64,000 nucleotides of DNA from Octopus vulgaris (Eukaryota): positions 109,430,001 to 109,494,000 of the forward strand of contig OX597819.1 of the NCBI GenBank assembly GCA_951406725.2, given 5' to 3'. A program made the translations under genes and the position numbers. Position 1 is the first letter of the stretch; each line of letters opens with the position of its first letter. Below are positions 13,633 through 25,299 of the stretch, in pieces. Below the pieces are notes generated by a model that worked only from the letters and a program-made list of their open reading frames with translations, ran no database searches and had not been told where the DNA came from.

Positions 13633-13738
13633 ACCACTATAGTTGTTTCGACACATCTAGCATCGATCCCTCACGTGTGGGATACTCAACAACTGGTTCA
13701 GGAACATCCGGCGGAGCATATGTGTCTCATTGGGTGAT
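13633..13738 (-). ncRNA. Degenerate hammerhead in the inverted pLTR copy
   Basis: Minus strand reads aucac-CCAAUGA-gacacau...augugucGAAAC-aacu-AUA-guggu. Core mutated relative to the copy at 14980-15085. Confidence 0.6.
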
Positions 13739-14042
13739 AAATAGACACAACAGATATAGGAATCAGGATGCTCTCTGGTTCAACCCGATTTTTAGTTCGC
13801 ATGTTTCAACCAAGATCGCTGGAAATTTTTTTGCCGCTTTGGACAAATGTTTTCCTAAATCTAATCGATATCATGCTATTTTAATCGGTACACCGTGAAG
13901 GTATTCTACGCCAAATCTGCTAATTTAGAGTAGCTTATGCATCGAATAAACAATAATAAAATGCGACAAAGGTTCAATAACCCACCTACCGGATCTAGCG
14001 AACATACGTATTTAAATACTAACAAAAGAGATGTAAACCGCA

Positions 14043-14408
14043 ATGAAAAAACACCAATTACAGCCAAATAATAGTAAAAATGCTTATGATACAGCTAACA
14101 CGGTAACAACGTCAGTAAAAGGAGTCAAAATTGCCTTATATACAAATAAATATGATGAATGCTCATGCAGAGATAAATCAAAATGCCCGTTAATGAACAT
14201 CTGCATGAGTACAAATCTTGTATATAAATGTACTGTGCACGCAAGGGGAGGGCCGTATATTTACATTGGGCAAACGGCGGGTTCATTTAAGAATCGTTAT
14301 CGTAACCATGTCGCCATCTTTAAGACAATCAATAAGAGGCATTCAACATCTTTGGCCGATTTTGTATGGCGACTGAAGGAGGATAAAATTAAGTACAGCA
14401 CAACATAG
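14043..14408 (+). pseudogene. Penelope-type GIY-YIG endonuclease fragment
   Basis: Cys cluster followed by VY...YIG...FKNRY.NH motifs, with flanking stops and frameshifts. Confidence 0.85.
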
Positions 14409-14979
14409 TAAAGCACGTGAAACCATTCAATATCATTTCTAGGAGATGCCGCCCCTACTCCGAGGAATCCCTGTCTATTCTGTGGACTAATGAAAATATC
14501 ATTAATAGAATTTCTGAAAGACTCTCAAGATTCCTACACGCATATAAATGTACTTTCGTACAACGCAGTGGGAATGAATTTGAGTAACTGTTAACCTAAT
14601 TTATTTTAAGGTATGGATGAATTAAGTTTAGTTTTAACCTCCCCATTCTTAAAAACACCAAGTAGCTATTTAACTCGCTTTGTGATCGTGAGTGCACCGA
14701 ACCACACGTGCGTGTATGCTTACATTTTTGCGGATGCTTGTACGAGCGTGTGTACATGCGCCATGTAGCTTGAGCGAGGGCGTTTATACATCTATATTTG
14801 TTATCGGTTGTTTTAAATACTTATCTTGCTGTATTGCGTGTTCGTTTCTTTTTTGCATTTGTAATTTTATTTTTGATCTTCTATGTAAATGAAGATGTTT
14901 CCTTCGTCTGTCTGCCTTTCTTTCTACGAAATGAGAAGGTACATTGCGGAACTGTTATTTTAACGAGTTGTGTCTATTT

Positions 14980-15085
14980 ATAACCTGACGAGATACATCT
15001 ACACCGCTGGATGCTCCTGAACCAGCTGTTGAGCGTCCCACCCGTGAGGGATCGATGTTAGATGTGTCGAAACGATTGTCGTGAT
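14980..15085 (+). ncRNA. Type I hammerhead ribozyme in the Penelope pLTR, with extended helix II
   Basis: CUGACGA at 14985-14991. 10-bp helix II gauacaucua/uagauguguc (14992-15001 with 15059-15068). GAAAC-gauu-GUC at 15069-15080. Helix I auaac/gugau (aucac in the other copy). AATAAA at about 15090. Confidence 0.82.
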
Positions 15086-15852
15086 TAATAATAAAATATC
15101 GTATATTCCATCTTCTTTCTTTCCTTTACCATATACATAACGATTATTGTGAAAGTGACCGTGCTTTACCAGTAAGCTAACAGGTGTAAACCATTCGTTT
15201 TATCATCTAATATATATATATATATGTATGTATATATATATATATATATAAATATATATACATATATATATATAATATATATATATATATGTATATATAT
15301 ATAATATATATATATATGTATGTATGTACATCTATCTATCTATCTATTCGCACACACACATATGTATACATATGCATAAGCGCATACACATAGAAACACA
15401 GAAATACAGTGGCCACCATAAGTCGAATAATTACGCAGTTTAAAATTTTTTATATTTTTAACCTTTTAAATAAAATTGATAATCAATTCATACAGTAATA
15501 TAAAGAAATTAATAAGCACTTAAAGCGGATAATAAAGATTTCTTTGATAATAACTTTATTTAAATTATTTTCTCAAAGACTTCGTGGTATTAAATTTCAC
15601 GGGTCTATAAATTTAGAAATGCAAATAAAAGTTACAAAACTTGTTTAAGTTCGTGATTCTAGGCCAGCATTTCGCATTATTTTTAATAGTATTATGGTAG
15701 TTGCAACACTACAAATGGGAAAGCAAAAAAAAAACAAACAAACAAAATACCCAGTTTGTTGACTATGAGACGGGCGTACATTATTTAGTTGTATGAGTAA
15801 GGCATACCCAGTGGGATATTTTTTTAATGTCTAAGTAGATGTCATTCATTCT

Positions 15853-16245
15853 TATTTCTTTATTGCCCACAAGGGGCTAAATATAGAAGGGACAAACAAG
15901 GACAGACAAAGGGATTAAGTCGATTACATCGACCCAGTGCGTAAGTGGTACGTAATTTATCGACCCCGAAAGGATAAAAGGCAAAGTCGACCTCGGCGGA
16001 ATTTGAACTCACAACGTAACGGTAGACGAAATACCTATTTCTTTATTACCACAGAGGGGACAAACAAGGACAGACAAAGGGATTAAGTCGATTATATCGA
16101 CCCCAGTGCGTAACTGGTTTTTAATTTATCGACTCTGAAAGGATGAAAGGCAAAGTCGACCTCGGCGGAATTTGAACTCAGAACGCAACGGCAGACGAAA
16201 TACCGCTAAGCATTTCGCCCGGCGCGCTAACGTTTCTGCTAGCTC
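15853..16245 (-). mobile_element. SINE family B (tRNA head plus Nin/Deu-like domain), internally duplicated dimer
   Basis: Two tandem body units, each with B box gagttcaaattcc and a gcctttcatcctttc.g.gtcgataaatt-like domain, but only one A-box head. Confidence 0.88.
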
Positions 16246-16643
16246 ATTCTGACATTCATTCTGTGTGAAGTGCAGAACACCTCCAGAGACGCAGGCAACT
16301 GTCCGCCATAGAGTTCTATAGCAGATCTTTTCCTTTAGGAACATAGCGGGGCAATGCAACAAACCTTGCAAACTACATTTGGTTCTTGAAAGTGAAAACG
16401 GTGGCACATTATGTTATTTACAAAATAAGGTTATGTGAAAGATCCCTTAAGCTATCAAACCCATGCAGAAGCCAGTAACGACACATAATATATGCAACTT
16501 TATATACAATGTAATGAAATGATCCACCATCTCACCCACTCCTTTTTGAATTACTTAGCTTTTTGAAAATTGGGTAGTAAGGAGTTGAGTCCAAAGCTTT
16601 GTTAGAGTTGATGGTAATTAGGGTAGGTCTTGAAATTTTCGTT

Positions 16644-17304
16644 GTTACTCTTTTACTTGTTTCAGTCATTTGACTGTGGCCATGCTGGAGCACCGTCTAT
16701 TGTCGAGCAAATCGACCCAAGGACTTATTCTTTGTAAGCCTAGTACTTATTCTATCGGTCTGTTTTGTCGAATCGCTAAGTTACGGGGACGTAAAGACAC
16801 CAGTATCGGTTGTCAAGCAATGTTGGGTGGGGGTGGGGGGACAAACACAGACACACAAACATATCCACACACATACAAATATATATATAGGCGCAGGAGT
16901 GGCTGTGTGGTAAGTAGCTTGCTAACCAACCACATGGTTCTGGGTTCAGTCCCACTGCGTGGCATCTTGGGCAAGTGTCTTCTGCTATAGCCCCGGGCCA
17001 ACCAATGCCTTGTGAGTGGATTTGGTAGACGGAAACTGAAAGAAGCCTGTCGTATATATGTATATATATATGTGTGTGTGTCTGTGTTTGTCCCCCTAGT
17101 ATTGCTTGACAACCGATGCTGGTGTGTTTACGCCCCCGTCACTTAGCGGTTCGGCAAAAAGAGACCGATAGAATAAGTACTGGGCTTACAAAGAATAAGT
17201 CCCGGGGTCGATTTGCTCGACTAAAGGCGGTGCTCCAGCATGGCCGCAGTCAAATGACTGAAACAAGTAAAAGAGTAAAAAGTATATATTTATATATATA
17301 TATA

Positions 17305-17351
<47 letters not shown>

Positions 17352-17574
17352 TATATATACATACACACACACGCACACACACATATATATATACATACAT
17401 ATATACATATATACGACGGGCTTCTTTCAGTTTCCATCTATCAAATCAACTCACAAGGCTTTGGTCAGCCTGAGGCTATAGTAGAAGACACTTGCCCAAG
17501 ATGCCACGCAGTGGGACTGAATCCGGAACCATGTGGTTTGTAAGCAAGCTACTTACCACAACCACTCCTACGTC
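16644..17574 (-). mobile_element. SINE family A, split by a nested opposite-strand copy (3' half 16644-16889, 5' half 17412-17574)
   Basis: The two halves are colinear with the reverse complement of the family consensus and are interrupted at the internal (TA)n tract. Confidence 0.88.
16890..17283 (+). mobile_element. SINE family A, full length (tRNA-derived, CORE-like box, internal microsatellite, LINE-like tail)
   Basis: A box tggctgtgtgg, B box ggttcagtccc, cttgggcaagtgtcttc, and tail ggcggtgctccagcatggccgcagtcaaatgactgaaacaagtaaaagagtaaaa. Confidence 0.92.
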
Positions 17575-17829
17575 TTATTGAAGTTATTAAGTATTGTTTG
17601 TGTTGTGGTGGACTCCCCAGGTGGGAAGTGGGTTAGTCCATTACTAATGAACTGTCAGTAACGTCAATCGGCGATAGTAGGCCGTTCGGACCAGTCCCGC
17701 AGAGACGACGAAATACGTTGTCATCATGGGACATATCAGTGGCGACGAGGATTTGGACAATATCGCCTCTGATATAACAGTTTGTGAGTAGTGTGGTAGG
17801 TTCAGTGTAGTTGTTTGAATTAATCTTAT

Positions 17830-19400
17830 AGATTAGAAAAATAACATCTTAGCTAATTAGTCTTGTATTTTCGAACGTGCGATAGAGGGTTGTGGATTTG
17901 TACGCTGCTGCATTGGTTGGTTTTAGAATTGCTATAAGTTTGCTCAGTTTCCAAACATTGGGCTTTTCTCAGTTTTTGTATGCTTGTACATTGAACATGT
18001 TGGTGAGTGCAAAAACTGCTTCAGCTCCTTGGCCTCTTTTAGGTGTATGCATAAAATTTTGTGGGGGTCTGGAGACTTTTGATTTATTGGATTATCCTAT
18101 TACTTTTCTAGTATCTAACAAAAGGTGGTTTCAAATTTAAGGGCTTGGTATAAGGCATGCTTCTTGCCTTTTGTGTTTCTCATTTCTATGTATAGTCTAT
18201 GACGACAGATTATAGAATAATGTTTATTATGCGAGTTTTCTTTTGCTGTTACAATGTGGTTATATCATCTGTCACGTATGATAATGTGGTGAAAGTCATT
18301 ATTAGTGTTGCTGACGCTGTTGTTTACTTTATACACTATAGGACATCACTGCATGTTATGTACTGTTAGTGTCCGATACAAATCTTTGCCAATTAACGGC
18401 TTTTCTTCCGTATAATTATTTCCATACTTAATCGTTTTATGTTGTGTGTATTTCTGTTGTGTTGGGGGTGTTGGCTGGTTGTGTGTGTTGTCTCAGGTTA
18501 GCTACTTCACTGGTGTAATTTAGTTGATATGTTTTATGTTGTCTTGTGGAATATATATTTTTCGTTTGTTTTTTGAAGCTAGAACAGTTATTGTTTTGTT
18601 TGTACTGCAGTGTCTATGTCAATGATCGTGGCGTTGCTGAATTCAACGAACTGCAATTTTATCTCTTCTTGGAAGTATTTCCTCAGTTTCCTTTTGAAGT
18701 TTCCGACCGAAAATGATTTTGTTTGGTTCATTGATGTGTAAGCGTTTCTGATGATAGTTGGTTGGATGTGAGTTGGGGAATTGTTTACACATAGATATTG
18801 TTAGAGATGTTTGCTGAGTTTTTGTAGTCAACTGAAGGAGGTATGTATGTTGTTCTGTGTTGTTTAAGATATAAAAGAGTTTAGTTGCAGCGGAATTGTG
18901 TCTCCTCATGTGTTATAAGAATTATTTTTATACCAGGATGTATTATTTGTACTGAAGTTTTTTAAATTTTTAGGTAAGTATAAGGCATTGTCGCTAAGTC
19001 TGATGGTTGGATAGATATATGTTACATTTTTTAATATTCCATGTTGCTGCTTTATTTTAAAATCATTGCATTTTGAGTGCATTATTAGTGTTCTTGCACT
19101 ATTTTTTGATATTTCTGCACTCTAAGCATTATGTTAACTACAATTCGGCCTATTTACTCAAATCAATATGTAGTCAAGGCTTTAAGGTTTTAGGATTCCT
19201 GTATTGGATTTGTAGTCTTATTCCTGTATTGGATTTGTAGTCTTATTCCTGTTGATGTTTTTTTAGCAACAGGTCGGCCATGATTAAGCAAATATATGAT
19301 CACAGGTTTTTCACCCATTGCTGTCCTGCCTTTTATTCAAATATGTCTCAATCGTGGTATTACAATGTGCTCCTTCAAAGTTTTGGTTCTAACGAGACAT
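17830..19400 (-). mobile_element. Highly decayed Penelope-like element (RT to Cys-rich linker)
   Basis: Minus-strand remnants read by eye: TAMG (about 19312-19325; PLE RT motif GTAMG), a YLSNH-like segment (about 19005-19020) and a possible Cys-rich linker near 17945-17975. Many stops. Confidence 0.5.
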
Positions 19401-19747
19401 GCAAACAATAACAATATCTAATCTTCATCCAATGTACTTCTTCGCCGTGCGGTCTTAATACACACCTCAATTTCTGGTTCTTCTCTCTACCGCTTTCTTT
19501 ACAATGATAACCATATCTGGGAGTCCTTCGATTCCGTATAATATGTACGTACAGCATTTATACGTATAATACGTATAATACATGCTATGTATTTGTATTA
19601 AAATGTACTTATATGTATGTTTCTTTGTTTCTATGTATGTATGTATTTATATATAAATCTACATAATATGTGTGTGTGTGCGTGCGTATGTCTACATCAT
19701 GTGTGCATAATAACTATAAGTTCACTCTCCCGTTCTCTCTGTCTCTG

Positions 19748-19855
<108 letters not shown>

Positions 19856-20320
19856 TGCATGTATGTATGTACATACATATACATAAATGTATATTCAGTG
19901 TATTCTTGAATGAAGAACGAGGAGATAAGAGCTTAACAAATGGCTCAATGCATTATGTATGTAGAGTGAATGAATTCTTTTATTAAAGTAGTATGATATT
20001 GTAGCCACACAGCTGTTTTAATACATAATCATATTTTATCGACAGTTTTCTGAATAACTATCTATTAAAACTTTACGCGAAGGTTTAAAAACAAAATCCA
20101 AAATAAAACTGCATAAGAAACCAGACACACACACATCTCCGCACAAATACATTTAGATAAAATAAATGATTTAAATAGAGTATAATTCCCATTCATTATG
20201 CATAAATATAAAAATATCAAAGATAATGGTTAAAAATACGAGGGAAGTTTGATTGATCGCTATGTTAAGATCATTACACAGAATGAAACAGAGAGAGAAA
20301 AATATAACTGGAAATAGTGC

Positions 20321-20413
<93 letters not shown>

Positions 20414-20459
20414 GCACGCACGCATGCACACACACGCACGCATGCACGCACACACACAC

Positions 20460-20598
20460 GTACCGGGCTTCTTTCAGTTTCCGTCTACCAAATCCACTCA
20501 CAAGGCTTTGATCGGCCCGAGGCTATAGCAGAAGACACTTGACTAAGTTGCCACGCAGTGGGACTGAACTCCGAACCATGTGGCTGGTTACCACACAG
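20460..20598 (-). mobile_element. SINE family A, 5' half
   Basis: gggcttctttcagtttccgtctaccaaatccactcacaagg...gccacgcagtgggactgaac. Confidence 0.85.
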
Positions 20599-20841
20599 AA
20601 ACGTGAACGCCTAACGAGCATGTAGAAAACAAATCAGTTGATGATGATAGGAAAATACATTAGACTAATTAATATTATATACGATACAATCATAAATCAT
20701 CAACCGAAACAGGGTGTTATTTAGGGAATACTTTGGTGCATTGGTAAAATGTTTGGTAAAAAAATGTTTATCATGTTTACAAATGTTGGTTCGTGTTCCG
20801 TGGGTAACCTTCGAATGTTTTCCATCCAAGTCCTTATTTTA

Positions 20842-21172
20842 GGCGCAGATATGGCCGTGTTGGTAAGAAGCTTACTACCCAACCATGTCTCTATGGTTTA
20901 AGTCTCACCTCGCGGCACCTTGGGCAAGTATTTTCTATTATTGACTCGGGCCGACTATAGACTTTTGAGTGGATTTGGTAAACCGAAACTGAAGGAAACC
21001 CATCGCAATCAGTTTTGAATTGCTTACGTCCCATAATGTAGCGGTTCGACAAATTAGACCGTTAGAATAAGTACCGGGCTTAAATAGGTACTGGGGTCGA
21101 CATTCACGACCAAACCCGTCAAGGCGGTGCCCCAGCTTGGCCGCAGTCTAATAACTGAAATAAGTAAAAGAT
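20842..21172 (+). mobile_element. SINE family A, diverged full-length copy
   Basis: ggcgcagatatggccgtgttggtaagaag ... aggcggtgccccagcttggccgcagtctaataactgaaataagtaaaag. Confidence 0.82.
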
Positions 21173-21910
21173 ATTTAACTCCTTAAAATTAAAGCCTTTT
21201 AACACAGTAACTTAGTATAACGTGCGGTTATAAGTGTAGATCAAGAAACATGAAGAGAAAGACAAATGAAAAGAAGCTGGAATTAGGTGTAGAATAAGAC
21301 TAGGTTACACGGAAGAAATTGACTTAAGTAAATATCAGCCGATTAGAATCTGGTGTTGAAAACTGTGCCGAGGGAAGAACTTCATGAAATGTTAAATTAG
21401 ATATTGGTTCGTTTCAGTCGGAATAGTATGGGAGGATAAAAGGAATAATAAATCAAAATGTAATATTAAAAGAAAAAAATATTATTTATGAAGAAGAAAA
21501 TATTAATAAAGACGGTAAATTGGGTCTGCAAATCTGTATCGAGATTAAAAGATGCACACGTATACACACATATACACACATACGCATATACGCACATGCG
21601 CACGCAAATCTATATATTTTTTTGCATTCGTGCGTATGTATGTATTCATAATTTATTAGCTGTGAAGCCACGTTTCTGACTCAGGGGTCTACAACCACAT
21701 ATGTAACTTCATAGCTAATAAATAATGTATTTTCTGATATTTGTATTGAATTCAAGCCTATATACATACATGCATGCATGCATGCATACATACATACATA
21801 CATACATACATACATACATACATACATACACTCACACACGCACACACACGTATGTATATATTTATACATACACACATACACACACACGCATACATACATA
21901 CGTATGTGTT

Positions 21911-21966
<56 letters not shown>

Positions 21967-22136
21967 ATTCAAAAGGTGTGCCGAGTAGTGTGACACGTTA
22001 CCAAAAGGTATGCGCGCGGTAGAACTGTTTGCTACTCAACTCTTATCTTCGATGTGGTAGGACGTTCTTCATGACTCCAGAGTATGCGGAGTCTGCAACT
22101 GTGTCATATTTTCATGAAACATATGTACTTTATATA

Positions 22137-22333
22137 AAGGGAGAGTTTATGAAAAAAACAAAAGACGAAGACAGTTGGTGTACGAAACAAACAGATGTAT
22201 AACGCTCAGGAATAGAAAAAGTCTTTTATGTTTCGAGCCTACGCTCTTCTACAGAAAGGGACACAGAAAAAAAGGAGATAAACAAGGAGAGAAAAAAATG
22301 TGTGTAGTGGCTAACGATCTATCATGGGCGACT
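22137..22333 (-). mobile_element. About 200-bp non-coding dispersed repeat carrying a minimal hammerhead (solo pLTR or retrozyme-like); second copy at 50442-50648
   Basis: Reverse complement of 50442-50648. Flanked by the direct repeat actttatataaag (22127-22139 and 22331-22343). Confidence 0.8.
22223..22258 (-). ncRNA. Minimal hammerhead-like motif (CUGUAGA variant; this copy has GAAACAUA)
   Basis: Minus strand reads cuuu-CUGUAGA-A-GAGC-guag-GCUC-GAAAC-AUA-aaag. Confidence 0.6.
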
Positions 22334-22375
22334 TTATATAAAGCATGAATACCTCTACGTTTTCTGTGTTACTTC

Positions 22376-22415
<40 letters not shown>

Positions 22416-22519
22416 GCGCGTGTATACTTGCGTATATATGTTGTATGAATCTATACATGCGCATATGCGTGACTCGTCATTGCAACATGGCGTTGTGTAA
22501 TGTATTAGAGTGCATTGCA

Positions 22520-23290
22520 AGGCACTTCAATCGTGTTGACGGAGTTTTTTTCTGTTCCAGTCTTAAGCAGATCTTGCGTTCCGCAATACTCGGTTTTATC
22601 TCTCACTCTCTTCTTTTTATACATCAATGATCGTCTTATCACCTCATCGTACAAAATCCACTCTTATGTACATAACAAGAACATTCATATTTCTCAAAGT
22701 TTCCTTGACCATGCATCATCCACATGCGACCAACATATCACAAATGCCAAACCTGCATCGATTTTATAAAAGCATCCTCCACTGGGGTCATGCCAACCTT
22801 GACTCTTTTAACAGCAAAAAACTCAAGCACCCTCATGAATATAGCACCGCACCAGTGCGGCATTCACTTACCAAGAGACCTAAGTCATTCCAAATGCTGG
22901 TCATCACCGTGGATCCCTCCTAGTGAAAACCATATCTCTAGTTAGAACAGAATCCTAAAATTAACCTTTCTCTTCAAGGGCAGAAGATATTTCAGCATCC
23001 CTAACAGCTGCGGACACTCTACAAGACTCAAGTAATGCCCATAATAGCACATTGCGTTCACATCTAGGACAGTGATGCTTGTACGCACACACATCGTTGA
23101 ATGCATCCGGAGTGCGTCCGTTTGTGACTGCCTTCTCTCTGTCTTCCGTTACTATAATGGCTTCTGCTCCACGAAGCTGATTCCTTTTTGTATTACTTCC
23201 ACCACTTATGCATATCCATCCCACTTGTCTTTCCACTTCTTGGTACCCTTGTTGTGTCCAACCCATCCTCCATAGACAACAAGCAATAAA
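22520..23290 (+). mobile_element. Decayed LINE RT remnant (CR1/L2/Jockey group)
   Basis: VPQYSVLSLTLFFLYIND...IHSY resembles GVPQGSVLxPxLFxxYIND...YADD. C-terminal FRYYNGFCSTKL. A related fragment (FYNGFCSLEL) lies at about 55700-55860. Confidence 0.7.
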
Positions 23291-23544
23291 AAGAAAGAAA
23301 TGATGCATCGCCATATAGTGGAGTGTAATGAAATATAGAGTGATGCAGCGTGGTACAAAATAGTGCAGTGTACTGAAATATAATGGAGTATAGTGTAGTG
23401 TGTGAAAGTGTAGCATAATATTGTGTAGTTATAACTCGTTCAACATAATGCAGCGTAATGCAGTGTTGTGTGGTGCAGGGTAATATAGAACAACGACAAA
23501 AACCACCACCACCACCACCACCACCACCACCACTACCACTCAGT

Positions 23545-24085
23545 ATTACTGTTTCAAGTTCTGGGACACACAGGGCCATTTACCCAGGTGTAAGTGACAG
23601 AAATCACAGCATTTCCCCTGAAAAGGACACTAATTTACAGCCGAGTGAACTGCAGCAACGTGAAATTAAGGGTTTTTGCTTAAAAATAAAACGCACCGCC
23701 CAGCCCAGGAGTTGAAACCACTATCTGGTGATAGTGACTGGAGCAACGCGAAATGAAATGTTTTGTTCCAGAATACATCGCAGCCCCCGGTCCAGGAATC
23801 GAAACCACAATCTTACGATCGTGATTGGAGCAACGTGAAATGAAGATTTTACTCAAGAACACAACACTCTTCACGGCTCGGGATTCGAATCTACGATCTT
23901 GCGATCGTGACTGGATCAACGTTAAATAAAGTATTTTACTCTGAGAACATAACACATCGCTCGGTCCAGGAATCTTAGGATCGTGATTGGAGCAACGCGA
24001 AATGAAGATTTTGCTTAAAAACGCAACATTCTTCACGGCTCGGGATTCGAATCCACGATCTTTCGATCGTTAGTGCAATAAGCCT
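23545..24085 (-). repeat. SINE family C with a tandemly amplified internal unit of about 85 bp (5 copies)
   Basis: Recurrent ggagcaacgtgaaatgaag...cgaa.c.acgatctt.cgatcgtga units beginning near 23652, 23740, 23828, 23913 and 23989. Confidence 0.85.
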
Positions 24086-24807
24086 CGAAGGGTAGTATAG
24101 AACAATTAGACATGATGTAATGTAGGGTAGCGTAACATAGTGTATAAAAAAATACTATGTTGTGTAGTGCAGAGCATTACAAACGCAGGGTTGTTTAGAA
24201 CGATGTAATATCGTGTGGTATCGTTTAGTATAATTTGGTGCAGAACAAGATAATATATCATACAATTTCTAAATCGATTTGGTGCGTTTCCAAATTTATT
24301 TTCTGTCATACTTCAAATAAAATGCTAGATTATATCTCAAGGCTATCATATGTTCACTTCAAATATTATGTTTTTACCCTATATTTCAGACAAATTCACA
24401 GCACTCGCAGACACAGAAACATACAGAGAGAGATACACACACACACACACGTACACTGACGGCCATAAATACACACATACACACATACGCACACACACGT
24501 GCACACACACACATGCATTAATATGCAAATATGTGTACACATTTTCGTTCAAGCATACTCATATACACATCATCACCACCGCCGCCACCACCGCCGCCAC
24601 CACCGCCGCCACCACCGCCGCCACCACCATTGGAACCGGACCCCCCACCATCCTTATCATCATCAGTATCACCAATCTTAAGGGTCTTATGATTCAATAT
24701 CATACAATACTCTCACTCACACTGAAAAGAGAGTGAACATATACATATCACTCATGGAAACAACCAAACAGAGAACAATACGCACAAACAGCCAACAAAC
24801 CCACACA

Positions 24808-24862
<55 letters not shown>

Positions 24863-25299
24863 TCACAAATATGTATATACACATACATGCGCAACTAAAC
24901 AGATAGTGATGATGCATACATATTCACATATGTGTAAACTCGCAGCCTCGTAACATACATACACACATACATGCTTATACATATACGCTGAAACGCACAT
25001 ATACTAGTACATACACGTACATAAACACATGTGCAGGGTACATCCCCATCCATCCCCATCGCCCCCCCATCACCCCCCCATCCAAAAGCTATCACGATTC
25101 TATATTTCGCATTACTATGGCAGTAGATCGGAAGAGTCGGTAGACAACGGTCAAAATGCCAAGTGATATTTAATTCTAGTTGCTTGCATTTTGAGTTCAA
25201 ATCCCGCTGAGTTTGATATTACCTTTTACCATTTCAGAGTCGTTAAAATTAAGTACCAGTGAAATACTGAGATTGATATATACTTCTATATTCCCCCAC

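Larger units (their letters stand above)
13582..15137 (+). mobile_element. 5'-truncated Penelope-like element (RT C-terminus plus GIY-YIG endonuclease remnant) bounded by an inverted pLTR copy and a 3' pLTR
   Basis: Peptides WFNPIFSSHVSTKIAGNFFAALDKCFP and CSCRDKSKCPL...C...NLVYKCTV...YIYIGQTAGSFKNRYRNH. 13582-13751 is the reverse complement of 14967-15135. Confidence 0.88.

Noticed and set aside
15405-15800. TA|cagtggccaccataag, a possible Tc1-like left end
   Set aside because: No matching right TIR or transposase remnant found.
16890-16960. tRNA-like A and B boxes here and in other SINE heads
   Set aside because: No complete cloverleaf; they continue into SINE bodies, so they are not tRNA genes.
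19995-20055. AAACAGCUGU palindrome with CUGUCGA upstream (minus strand)
   Set aside because: Too many core mismatches and no helix I.
23640-24085. Regularly spaced repeats resembling a CRISPR array (also 25300-27082 and 60810-61085)
   Set aside because: Units are wholly repetitive with no unique spacers, there are no cas genes, and the context is eukaryotic.
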